Shown: piece by piece, positions 27,137 to 36,280 of the stretch
Position numbering within the stretch: the first letter of the stretch is position 1
Layout of the letters: the number at the start of each line of letters is the position of its first letter
DNA from: Thermodesulfobacteriota bacterium
GTDB taxonomy: Bacteria; Desulfobacterota; BSN033; UBA1163
Reading direction: 5' to 3'
DNA length: 64,000 nucleotides
Assembly (NCBI GenBank): GCA_030017685.1
Contig: JASEHH010000003.1
Coordinates: 25,319-89,318, forward strand
Notes under the pieces: model-generated
What the model was told of the DNA's origin: nothing
What the model saw: the letters and a program-made list of their open reading frames with translations, nothing else
Databases searched by the model: none
Position numbers and translations under genes: made by a program

Positions 27137-27198
27137 CCCCCCTACCCCTCCCTCCCCCGCAAGTGGGGAGGGAAAAGGGGAGGGGGAAGGAGAGAGCT

Positions 27199-27987
27199 AT
27201 GAAAAAATATATCATGATCGGTCTGGCAGTTCTATTGATCGCTTCTCTGGGGCTTGTCACCCTCAGTAAGGAAAAAATTCCTCCCTTCATTGAAATGGAG
27301 GTGAAGGGAGTAAGGATAGATCCCGTTGGTCAGAGCCCGGTCGTCATCCTTGCTGACAGGGATGGGAAAAAAGCGCTCCCCATCTGGATCGGTCTTCTTG
27401 AAGCCAATGCCATCGATAAAGAGCTTAAACAGGTTTCCTCTCCAAGGCCAATGACCCATGATCTCCTTCATTCCATTCTGACACAGACGCATATGAAGGT
27501 GAAGGAGGTAAAGATCGTCGATCTCAAAGAACAGACCTATTATGCCACCCTCTTTCTTATTTTGAACAAAGGGCTGATCGAAGTCGATGCCCGACCGAGC
27601 GATGCCATCATCCTCGCACTGAAATCGAAAGTCCCGATTCTCGTCTCTGCCAAGATTTTGGAGCAACAGGGGCTTGCCCTTTCCAGGCAGGAAGGAATTG
27701 GGGAACGGCATGGAATTCGGATTCAGGAACTCACACCCTCCCTCGCCTCTCACTTCAACTTCAAAGGGCAAAAGGGGGTGCTGGTTTCCGAGGTGCTGAC
27801 AGGGAGCATCTCGGAGGCCTCCGGAATCAAGGCAGGAGATATCATTACCAAGATCAATTTAAAAGAGGCGGGAAGCATTCAGGAATTTGAAGAAATCTTT
27901 GACAAGGCCAAGGCGGGCGATTCGCTACGGATCTTACTTTTTAGAGATGAAAAATTCCAGGAAGTAAATCTATTCCTGAAACCCTGA
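27199..27987 (+). CDS. bifunctional nuclease (BFN/DUF151) domain protein with C-terminal PDZ domain
   Basis: A signal/TM leader, then BFN-like blocks LPIWIG...EANAI...RPMTHDL...IDARPSDAIILAL, then a PDZ-like tail (GVLVSEVLTGSISEASGIKAGDIITKIN). An ATG at 27199 has a GGAAGGAGAG RBS. Confidence 0.55.
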   Translation: MKKYIMIGLAVLLIASLGLVTLSKEKIPPFIEMEVKGVRIDPVGQSPVVILADRDGKKALPIWIGLLEANAIDKELKQVSSPRPMTHDLLHSILTQTHMKVKEVKIVDLKEQTYYATLFLILNKGLIEVDARPSDAIILALKSKVPILVSAKILEQQGLALSRQEGIGERHGIRIQELTPSLASHFNFKGQKGVLVSEVLTGSISEASGIKAGDIITKINLKEAGSIQEFEEIFDKAKAGDSLRILLFRDEKFQEVNLFLKP

Positions 27988-28500
27988 TCCAAACTGAAAA
28001 GGTATTTTGGGATGTGCCTTGAAAGAGAGGACCCCTCACCACCTTTCTCTTCCCCATCCCCGACCGCAACTCCGATTCCCCCATCCCTTCTCCTTTAACG
28101 ATTCTCCGCCAAGGTCACTAATCAGGCACTTTACCAGAAAGTCTCAGAGTTTCCTTTTCTTTAAGTTGTTTTAGAACCTACGTTTACTCCCGTTGTTGTA
28201 AGGATAGCAAAAATAATAGCTTGATTCAGGATGCCATGCAATGTATCTCTTCGAGAGTCACACACGGTTCATGGCCGAATGTCAACATTAAAGCCCCCCC
28301 ATGTTTACAAAGAAGAAGTGGTATTCTGGTTTGCAGATCTTTTCGTGCCTCATCCAACCTATCGCTTTTGATTTTCGCCCTTTCACTCCTATAATCCCCC
28401 CTTTATCGCCTTATGGATCTTTTCATCACCAAACTGTTTATAAAGCATGATTTGTCAAATAAGATGATCTCAAAACTGAAACTCTTAACAAGGAGGAACA

Positions 28501-29193
28501 ATGGATATGGCCCTAATCGAAATGCAAAACATAAAAAAGGACTACTTCTTGGGTGAAACAGTAGTGCATGCCCTCCAAGGGATTGACTTACAAATAGATA
28601 AAGGAGAGTTTGTGGCCATATGGGGACCCTCCGGCTCTGGCAAAACCACGCTTCTGAACCTTATCGGCGCCATTGATGAACCATCGACAGGGGATCTGGC
28701 GATTGCTGGCAAGGAAGTTCGGTCTTTGTCAGATAACCAAAGAAGCGAGCTTCGTAATGAAACGGTCGGTTTTATATTTCAAGGTTTTAACCTAATCCCG
28801 GTTCTCTCCGCCCTGGAGAATGTGATGCTCCCTCTTCAAATTAAAGGTGCATCTTTCGGAGAAGCTAAAGCCAAGGCCTTGAGCCGTTTAAAGCAAGTGG
28901 GCTTAAGTGAACTTATCCATAATCGCCCGGCCAAAATGTCAGGAGGGCAACAACAAAGGGTGTCGATTGCGAGGGCATTGGTAAATGATCCCTCTTTGGT
29001 GATTGCCGATGAACCGACCGCCAATCTGGACACTGAAACAGCCCGCATGATCATTTCCATCATGCGCGAGCTGAATGAAAAAGATGAGATCACTTTTATT
29101 TTTTCTACCCATGATCAACGGCTCCTGGATCAGGTCAAACGCCTGGTGCGCCTGGAGGATGGACGAATCGTCGATGGAGGGATGAAGCGATGA
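28501..29193 (+). CDS. ABC transporter ATP-binding protein (MacB/LolD/FtsE-like)
   Basis: Translation shows GPSGSGKTT, LSGGQQQRVSIARAL and VIADEPTANLD. A GGAGG RBS is present. Confidence 0.85.
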   Translation: MDMALIEMQNIKKDYFLGETVVHALQGIDLQIDKGEFVAIWGPSGSGKTTLLNLIGAIDEPSTGDLAIAGKEVRSLSDNQRSELRNETVGFIFQGFNLIPVLSALENVMLPLQIKGASFGEAKAKALSRLKQVGLSELIHNRPAKMSGGQQQRVSIARALVNDPSLVIADEPTANLDTETARMIISIMRELNEKDEITFIFSTHDQRLLDQVKRLVRLEDGRIVDGGMKR

Positions 29194-30428
29194 GAAAATG
29201 GATGAAAATAGCAATTCGCAATATTCTAAGAAATAAGCGCCGGTCCTTTGTCACTTTGCTCGCGATAGGTGTGGGCTTTTCAGCGATCAGCCTCTTTCGC
29301 GGTTATGTCAGTAATACCTATTCCGGATTAAGGGAATCAGCTATTCGAGGCGAGGGCCTGGGTCATCTAACTATCTACAAGGCTGGCTGGCTCGAGAAAG
29401 GGAAACTTGATCCTGAGCGATATATGTTTTCGAAAGCGGAAGTCGACAAAATAACGAAACTGGTCACGGAAGAAAATGAGGTCATTTTGGCTACCCCTCA
29501 GATTCAGGTTGCCGGTATTGTCTCGAATGGAACCACCTCTACCATTTTCATAGCCCAGGGAGTCGTTCCCAGGGATGATAAGACTATTAAAGGAGCCTGG
29601 GCTGCTTTTAGGCCCATTAATGGAGAGGGATTACATGAGCAGAAGACTTATGGAGTGGAGATTGCCCAGGATTTAGCCAAGTATCTCAACCTCAAACCTG
29701 GCAAGGACGGGGTTGTGATGGTCACTACCCTTAGCGGGCAGATGAATGCCATGGACATACAAGTTGCGGGTGTATATGATTCTGGGTCGGATGCCACTAA
29801 TGACAAATACATGCGTTTCACTTTTGACTTCGCACAGTCCCTTTTTGACACGAAAATGGCTGAAAGAATCGTTTTACTGCTGGAAGACTGGGGAAAGACC
29901 GAGAAGATGCGTGCGCTCCTTCTGACCAAACTAACCAAGGCAGGCATTGCCTGTGAGATAAAGACCTGGAACGAACTATCCTTATTCTATTCAAAGGTTA
30001 GAGGGATGTTTGATATGATCTTCCTATTCCTGTTCTCCATTATCTTAGTCATCGTTGTTATGAGCACTGTCAACACGATGGGTATGGCAGTTTTAGAGAG
30101 AACCAGAGAGATTGGAACCCTGAGGGCCTTGGGCTTAAAGAGAAGGGGTACATCGCTGCTCTTCGCGATGGAAGGCGGCCTGTTGGGCCTTTTCGGCAGT
30201 TTCATAGGAGTAGTATTGCATGTGAGCGTGTGGGCCATTATTCGAGCTTTCTCCCCGACCTACACACCTCCGGGTGCTTCTACACCTGTGCCATTAATTG
30301 TCAACCTTGTACCTCAAACCATGTTCGTGTTGATGCTCTTTCTGATTTTCCTTTCTTTGTTAGCTGCTATCATCCCGGCGAGGCGTGCGGCCAAACAAAA
30401 TGTTGTGGACGCCCTGGGACACGTGTAA
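29190..30428 (+). CDS. ABC transporter permease, FtsX/MacB-like (N-terminal TM, large periplasmic domain, C-terminal 3-TM bundle)
   Basis: 412 aa with FtsX-like topology. Its start overlaps the ATPase stop (ATGA). Confidence 0.75.
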   Translation: MRKWMKIAIRNILRNKRRSFVTLLAIGVGFSAISLFRGYVSNTYSGLRESAIRGEGLGHLTIYKAGWLEKGKLDPERYMFSKAEVDKITKLVTEENEVILATPQIQVAGIVSNGTTSTIFIAQGVVPRDDKTIKGAWAAFRPINGEGLHEQKTYGVEIAQDLAKYLNLKPGKDGVVMVTTLSGQMNAMDIQVAGVYDSGSDATNDKYMRFTFDFAQSLFDTKMAERIVLLLEDWGKTEKMRALLLTKLTKAGIACEIKTWNELSLFYSKVRGMFDMIFLFLFSIILVIVVMSTVNTMGMAVLERTREIGTLRALGLKRRGTSLLFAMEGGLLGLFGSFIGVVLHVSVWAIIRAFSPTYTPPGASTPVPLIVNLVPQTMFVLMLFLIFLSLLAAIIPARRAAKQNVVDALGHV

Positions 30429-30447
30429 ATATATTAGAAGGAGGAAG

Positions 30448-31215
30448 ATGATGAATTGCCAACATAAAAAACGAGATTTGATTCTTTTAGTTTTTACACT
30501 TGTTTCTTGTCTGGGCTTTTTCCTCCCTTCGCTTCATGCCGCCATGGACCCCAAGGAGATCCTCATAAAAGCGGATGGAGCTCGGGGTAACGTGGGAGGA
30601 GTAGAGTGGGAGATCGACATTGAATCCGTTGAAGGAGGGCGTCAACAACAAAGAACAATCAGGGTAACTGCTCGTGATTTCAACTCACTGGCAGACTTTC
30701 TTGCTCCAGCCAATGTGAAAGGCCAAAAGTTATTGATGCTAGACCGCAATATGTGGTTTGTGAAACCAGGTCTTTCTAAAGCAGTCCCTATCTCTCCCCG
30801 GCAAAAACTAATGGGCGGTGCTGCCAATGGCGACATAGCATCGACCAACTATGCCGGCGACTATCAAGCCATTCAAAGTTTGGAGGACACGGCGAATGGA
30901 GAGCCCTGCTATCTCTTTGATTTAAGCGCAGTGGATAAGAAGGCTACTTATGACCGGATTAAATACTGGGTATCCAAAGAGCGGCTGGTGGGCCTCAAGG
31001 CTGAATTTTACACGGTTTCAGGAAAAATGTTTAAGACCGCCACATTCGAATATGAAAACAGCATCACTGTCGATAGTAAGCCGCAACCATTCATTTCCAA
31101 AATGGTTATTACGAGCGCCGTGCTGAAAGAGGATGTCACAACCATGTACTTTCGCAAGGTATTGATCAAGAAGGTTCCTGATTCCGTTTTCAACCTAAAC
31201 CTGCTGTTAAAATAG
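30448..31215 (+). CDS. LolA-like outer-membrane lipoprotein-sorting family protein (secreted)
   Basis: Signal peptide (MMNCQHKKRDLILLVFTLVSCLGFFLPSLHA). The size and position after the ABC/FtsX pair fit the LolA-like family. AGGAGG precedes the ATG at 30448. Confidence 0.45.
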   Translation: MMNCQHKKRDLILLVFTLVSCLGFFLPSLHAAMDPKEILIKADGARGNVGGVEWEIDIESVEGGRQQQRTIRVTARDFNSLADFLAPANVKGQKLLMLDRNMWFVKPGLSKAVPISPRQKLMGGAANGDIASTNYAGDYQAIQSLEDTANGEPCYLFDLSAVDKKATYDRIKYWVSKERLVGLKAEFYTVSGKMFKTATFEYENSITVDSKPQPFISKMVITSAVLKEDVTTMYFRKVLIKKVPDSVFNLNLLLK

Positions 31216-31226
31216 TACCTTTCAAA

Positions 31227-32606
31227 ATGAGTACATGCCTTAGAATGAAGAATCGCCTTTTCACAGTTGTTGTTTTATTAATGGTTGGTTTAGGATGCTT
31301 GCCAGAGACAGGAATGGCCGGTGAGGATAGTCATACAGCCCTTGCCGTGATCCAGAAGACATTGGCCGAGCGCTTCTCGTGGGATTTGCGGATTTTGACC
31401 TATGGTATTATCCAGGAGCCTTCCAATTCAAGCCAAAATTCTGAAAACAACTTTCTGCAAATTCCGCATTACACGGCAGATCTGGAAATACGGCCGGATC
31501 TTCGTCTAAACATAGACCCTTTAGAGCTAAGCGCTAAACCCAGAATGAGACTTGAGTATAGCATCTGGCGAGAAGGGTACCGCAAGGGAGAGTCAGAATG
31601 GGATGACGATTGGTACATCAATGAGTGGTTGGCAAGATGGAAGGTGTGTAACAATCTATTTATATCCTACGGCCGCGAAAACCTGCAATGGGGGCCTTCT
31701 TTTCTTTTTTCTCCTTCAAATCCCTTTTTCCAGGATAATGGTCGTCGTAACCCCTACCTGGAAGTGCCGGGCATGGATTTCGGCCGGTTGGTCTGGATCC
31801 CGGAAAGTTCCTGGACGATATCTTTCATCGCCAATACAGATGAAGGACGTAACAAGACCGCATCCGGCTTTCCGATTGGCTTTCCTCAAGGTACACCATT
31901 TAAAAAGACTTATGCCTTGAAGATAGATTATACAGGCCGGCAGAATTATGGTTCAATCATCTTCTCGCATAGGGAGGATTCCCTGAATTCATTGGGGTTT
32001 TTTGGAGGATGGACTATTTCCGATGCCATCCTGCTCTATGGCGAGGGAGTCATTACTCAAGGTAGTAAGGCATTATACCCCAAGAGGGATAGCTCCCCTT
32101 TCGGGGCTTCAATGCAAAAACTCCATCAAGACGATTCCACTATTAAACCGGTTCTCCTCATCGGAGGCTCCTACACTTTTGCAGCGAGTGGAACCTTGTC
32201 GATGGAATACGCCTATTATAGCCCAGGGTACAGCGATGCTGATTCAGATACCTACTACTCCTTAAGGCGCAGGGCAGCAGGAGCTATCAGCTCTAACGGT
32301 TTGGTATCGGCATTGGGACAAAAAAACCTCACCGAAACGGCCAATACGGGATTAAGATTCTTGCGAAAGAATTATGCACTGTTCCAGTATACTCAGAATA
32401 ATATCAAAAACAAAATCGATCTTACCTTACGCTGGACCCAGAATTTGAATGATGGATCTGGTCAATTTACAACGGTTGTGTCATATTCTATGGGTAATCA
32501 TCTGGAGTTGTTTTCCGTCGGTACCGTAATGGCAGGTGGTAAGAATACAGAGTTTGGGAGTATCCTCGATTATCAATGGATAATCGGTTTAAAGTATAGT
32601 TTCTGA
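31227..32606 (+). CDS. hypothetical outer-membrane beta-barrel protein
   Basis: Signal peptide with alternating polar/aromatic strands. The C-terminal GLKYSF ends in an aromatic residue, typical of outer-membrane proteins. Confidence 0.4.
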   Translation: MSTCLRMKNRLFTVVVLLMVGLGCLPETGMAGEDSHTALAVIQKTLAERFSWDLRILTYGIIQEPSNSSQNSENNFLQIPHYTADLEIRPDLRLNIDPLELSAKPRMRLEYSIWREGYRKGESEWDDDWYINEWLARWKVCNNLFISYGRENLQWGPSFLFSPSNPFFQDNGRRNPYLEVPGMDFGRLVWIPESSWTISFIANTDEGRNKTASGFPIGFPQGTPFKKTYALKIDYTGRQNYGSIIFSHREDSLNSLGFFGGWTISDAILLYGEGVITQGSKALYPKRDSSPFGASMQKLHQDDSTIKPVLLIGGSYTFAASGTLSMEYAYYSPGYSDADSDTYYSLRRRAAGAISSNGLVSALGQKNLTETANTGLRFLRKNYALFQYTQNNIKNKIDLTLRWTQNLNDGSGQFTTVVSYSMGNHLELFSVGTVMAGGKNTEFGSILDYQWIIGLKYSF

Positions 32607-32632
32607 TATAGAAAGCACCGGGTAACCCGAGC

Positions 32633-33712
32633 ATGGAACAAAGCGAAATTTATATCAAGCATTATATCAATGCGAGAAATGTTCTTATTGATTTACTCTA
32701 TACAATTATCATATCCACCTTGATCGCCGCTTTCTTGACCTTTACGGGCATCACCACAAAGTCCTTTATCATTAATTTAATTGTGTCTCAATCTTTCGGG
32801 ATCTCTATTTGCTCGATTATTATGTTTTTACTCTGGATATTTAAACCAGAGAAGAGTGCGTCCCTTGCTTTCATATTCACAATAGGCGTTGGCAGTGGAA
32901 TCCTGATCGGCCTGCAAATAGGGCCTTTTGTCCTTCAGCAGATCTTTTCCATCGCCCTGAAGCCACAGGATAGAGGTCTTCTTCAGACTATCATCATTGC
33001 CATCGCCTTCGGTAGTGCTGTCAGTTATTTCTTCTACGCCAGAGCAAGATTAAGAGTGAGTGAGGAAGAGATCCAGCAGGAAAGGATCAAACGTCTTTCC
33101 AGCGAAAAAGAAGCCCTTGAGGCCAATCTGAGACTGCTCCAAGCACAGATCGAGCCCCATTTCTTGTTCAATACCCTTTCCAATATCCTGAGTCTGATAG
33201 ATACAGACCCGACCAATGGCAAGTCCATGTTAATGGATCTGATTCATTATCTGCGCACCTCTCTGTCAAGGACATTTCCTGATCCAATCACATTGGATCA
33301 GGAAATAGACATGATCAAAGCCTATCTTAATATTCAAAAAATCAGGATGGGCGAAAGGCTGCATTTCAAGATCGAGCTTTCTGATGCAGTCCGGAAACAT
33401 CCCTTCCCGCCTATGTTGCTTCAGCCTCTGGTAGAGAATGCCGTAAAACACGGGCTTGAGCCCAAAATGGAGGGAGGAGCAATCATGATAAAGGTTGGAG
33501 AAGAGGATGAAGTCATAAGAATCGAAATCAGCGATGATGGTCAAGGATTCTCCTCTTTCAACAAGACCGGGGTAGGTATCGGAAACGTGAGAGAACGCAT
33601 TAGATTGCTTTATGGAGAAAAAGGGCGTTTAATATTAGAAGAAAACAAGCCAAATGGAGTAAGGGCGATCATCGAGGTGCCCAAGCATGATCTACAAAGC
33701 TATTATTGCTGA
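32633..33712 (+). CDS. sensor histidine kinase, LytS/YehU-type (multi-TM sensor + His_kinase + HATPase_c)
   Basis: About 5 TM helices, then the HPHFLFNTL H-box and a HATPase region (PLVENAVKHGL...DDGQGF). Confidence 0.75.
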   Translation: MEQSEIYIKHYINARNVLIDLLYTIIISTLIAAFLTFTGITTKSFIINLIVSQSFGISICSIIMFLLWIFKPEKSASLAFIFTIGVGSGILIGLQIGPFVLQQIFSIALKPQDRGLLQTIIIAIAFGSAVSYFFYARARLRVSEEEIQQERIKRLSSEKEALEANLRLLQAQIEPHFLFNTLSNILSLIDTDPTNGKSMLMDLIHYLRTSLSRTFPDPITLDQEIDMIKAYLNIQKIRMGERLHFKIELSDAVRKHPFPPMLLQPLVENAVKHGLEPKMEGGAIMIKVGEEDEVIRIEISDDGQGFSSFNKTGVGIGNVRERIRLLYGEKGRLILEENKPNGVRAIIEVPKHDLQSYYC

Positions 33713-34451
33713 TGATGAAAAGGAGTTGAGGACATACCTCAAATCCATTCTATCAGAGATTTGGCCGGAGCTCTTGATTTGCGGCGAGGCCAAAAATGGT
33801 AAAGAAGCCCTTGAATTAGTGGAATCAAAACGGCCGCAGATCGCCTTCCTTGATATCAGAATGCCTGGTCTTTCAGGTATGGAGGTGGCAAAAAGAATCG
33901 CAGGTCTCTGTCGTATCGTATTTGTAACCGCCTTCGATCAGTATGCAGTAGAAGCCTTTGAGAAGGAGGCTGTTGATTATCTCCTCAAACCTGTATCGAA
34001 AGACAGACTGATTCAGACCATTCAACGCCTCAAGAACCAATTGAGTTCTTCCACTGAACCACCTGCAAGGCTGGCTGAGGTTGTAGAGCAGGTCCTTTCC
34101 AAGTTGCCGGGTAGGGGGGGGTCTGATTTCCTGCGTTGGATTAAAACGCAAAACAAAGAGAGTATCCGTCTCATACCAGTGGAGGAGGCAGACTACTTCA
34201 AGGCCGAAGATAAATACACTCTGGTCATAACGAAAGAAGGGGAGTCCCTTATTAAAAAGAGCATTAAAGAATTGGTCCAGGAACTCGATCCCGGTCAATT
34301 CTGGCAGATACACCGGGGAACCATAGTGAATGTCTCCAAAATAGACAAAGTGAGTCGTTCACTCACAGGACGGGGAATATTGAAACTTAAAGAAAGACCG
34401 GAGCTTCTCACCGTAAGCCGCAACTACCTACATTTGTTTAAACAAATGTAA
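33687..34451 (+). CDS. LytR/AlgR-family response regulator (REC + LytTR DNA-binding domain)
   Basis: Translation shows a REC domain (IADDE...FLDIRMPGLSG) and a LytTR C-terminus (YFKAEDKYTLVITKEGESLIKKSIKEL...QIHRGTIVN). Confidence 0.8.
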   Translation: MIYKAIIADDEKELRTYLKSILSEIWPELLICGEAKNGKEALELVESKRPQIAFLDIRMPGLSGMEVAKRIAGLCRIVFVTAFDQYAVEAFEKEAVDYLLKPVSKDRLIQTIQRLKNQLSSSTEPPARLAEVVEQVLSKLPGRGGSDFLRWIKTQNKESIRLIPVEEADYFKAEDKYTLVITKEGESLIKKSIKELVQELDPGQFWQIHRGTIVNVSKIDKVSRSLTGRGILKLKERPELLTVSRNYLHLFKQM

Positions 34452-34532
34452 CCGGCCCGAAACCGAATACTTTTGATGACGGCTTTATGATGAGTTCAAA
34501 AAAGGGACCGAGAGATCACAGCATTCAAAGCC

Positions 34533-34940
34533 TCAGTTCAGAAGCCGTTTGACGATCGGGACCTTGAAGAACTGGACTCCTTCTTCCTTCAGGATTACTT
34601 CCTCCTCTGTCGTGGCCGTTCCCCGGATGTTTCTCTTTTCTTCTTCTCCATGGTGGATTTTGAGCGCCTCCTGGGCAAATTTGGCTCCCACATCTTCGAA
34701 GTGTTTGTCCACATACTCATGAATTAACTGCAAGGCCTGCTGAGCAACCTCCTCTCCCTTCTTTCTCTCTCCATCGCTCTTCTTAATCATGAATGGAGAA
34801 AAGGTTTTCACCACCTGGGTATCATCGCAGATGGGGCAGTTGATGATGCCGGCAGACTGCTGCTCCTCAAAGCAGGAGCTGTCTTTAAACCAGCACTCAA
34901 AAAGATGGCCATTGGAACAGATGAGATCGTAAGCAATCAT
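34533..34940 (-). CDS. DUF1178 family zinc-ribbon protein
   Basis: MIAYDLICSNGHLFECWF...CPICDD matches the DUF1178 pattern. The start at 34940 is an internal Met of the track ORF. Confidence 0.5.
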   Translation of the reverse strand: MIAYDLICSNGHLFECWFKDSSCFEEQQSAGIINCPICDDTQVVKTFSPFMIKKSDGERKKGEEVAQQALQLIHEYVDKHFEDVGAKFAQEALKIHHGEEEKRNIRGTATTEEEVILKEEGVQFFKVPIVKRLLN

Positions 34941-35054
34941 TCTGACACCCCAATATAATTTAACACCTTCCTCCAAATTTTGGCAAACTATTTCTCGCAA
35001 TTGCAAAGGAGAAAAAAAAGGGGTAATATTTAATATAAAAGAAAGGAGGCAACC

Positions 35055-35606
35055 ATGAGAAAAAAGTTATTCCATCAGGGGATTTTCATATTTCTCTTGT
35101 TACTGCTCCTTCTCCCCCTTTCCAATGCGGAAGCGAAGAAAAAGGTGGAGTTGGTTGGGAGAGAGATACTTAATTTTACCCTACCCTCCACCCAGGATCG
35201 TGTGATCACTTACGCCGATGAGTATTATGGCAAGTACCACCTGGTCATCACCTTTTTCCCTGCGGCCTTCACACCCATCTGAACAGGCGAGATGGAGGGC
35301 CATCAGAGGAACCTCTACCTCTATGAGCGCTTCAACGCCCGGGTCCTGGGCGTCAGTAGGGACGATGTGATAACTTTAAAATACTTTGCCAATAGCCTCG
35401 ATTTAACCTTCCCTCTCCTTTCCAATGTCACCTCTTTTCTGGGTGTCAGTGTCGATGCTCAACCTGATGGTAGGCCCATCTTCAGCAGGCGGACGATTAT
35501 CATCGACAAGGCAGGTATCATTCGTTATGTGAGGGATGGTTCGCCGGATTTCAAGGATATCCTCCTCTTCCTTAAAAAACTGAACCAGAAAGGAGGAAAA
35601 CCATGA
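35055..35606 (+). CDS. secreted PrxQ/Bcp-type peroxiredoxin with in-frame TGA at the peroxidatic Cys codon (candidate selenoprotein, or otherwise a nonsense pseudogene)
   Basis: Track ORFs 35055..35282 and 35292..35606 are in the same frame, separated only by TGA at 35280-35282. The translation ...VITFFPAAFTPI[TGA]TGEM...ARVLGVSRDD...FPLLSN aligns with PrxQ FFPxxFTPVCTTE...GVSxDS...FPLLSD, placing the TGA exactly at the catalytic Cys. A hairpin gatgg-aggg-ccatc starts 9 nt downstream. Confidence 0.55.
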
Positions 35607-36214
35607 AGAGAATAAGTCTTCTGTTCCTGTGTTTGTTTTTAATGATGGCCTGGCTTTCCGGATGCGCAACCTTTGAGACAGAGAAAAAGGCTGTTCCCTA
35701 TCGGTTGACCGCCCAGGGAACGGTGATCTGGGAGGACGAGTTCGAGTTTTTACCTCCCCCTCCAGACTGGAAACTCCTCCGGGTGGAGGGAGAAGGAGGG
35801 GACATTAACTTCGGGTTTACGCGATCAGACCCCGGAACCTTCCCCTCGATGACTTCATTCGCTTACGATGAGGAACCCTTCGGCTGCTCAACCAAATTTG
35901 AAGACAGGGAAAGAGAGTTTTTCAAACGGTTTCTCTTTAATGCCATCCTCCAGTTTCAGGTATTAGAGAAAAAGAAGACTCAGGTGCTTGGTGGAGAAGG
36001 ACTGGAGGTGGTCGTTGAGGGAAAGGACCCGGTCAAAAAAGAGAAAGTGAGGGCCAAAGTCGTCTTTGGCAAACGGGGCGAACGGATCGTGGGTTTCTAT
36101 ATCACCCAGTGGAGGCATTTGGACGGGACCTATGACCTCTCAGCTTTTGAAGTCTTTGACAGATTTGTGAAGTCTTTTAAGCTTCTCAAAAAATCTTTTT
36201 ATGAAACCCTATAG
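35603..36214 (+). CDS. hypothetical lipoprotein
   Basis: Signal peptide with lipobox LSGC. Translationally coupled to the Prx gene (ATGA overlap). Confidence 0.5.
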   Translation: MKRISLLFLCLFLMMAWLSGCATFETEKKAVPYRLTAQGTVIWEDEFEFLPPPPDWKLLRVEGEGGDINFGFTRSDPGTFPSMTSFAYDEEPFGCSTKFEDREREFFKRFLFNAILQFQVLEKKKTQVLGGEGLEVVVEGKDPVKKEKVRAKVVFGKRGERIVGFYITQWRHLDGTYDLSAFEVFDRFVKSFKLLKKSFYETL

Positions 36215-36241
36215 AAAGGTTGGGTTGTTGATTTATTGAAT

Positions 36242-36280
36242 AAAAAAGGGTGAGAGAAATCTTCTCTCACCCTTTTTTAT
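36242..36280. terminator. bidirectional Rho-independent terminator between convergent genes
   Basis: aaaaa-gggtgagagaa-atc-ttctctcaccc-ttttttat. A perfect 12-bp stem with A/T tracts on both sides. Confidence 0.6.
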
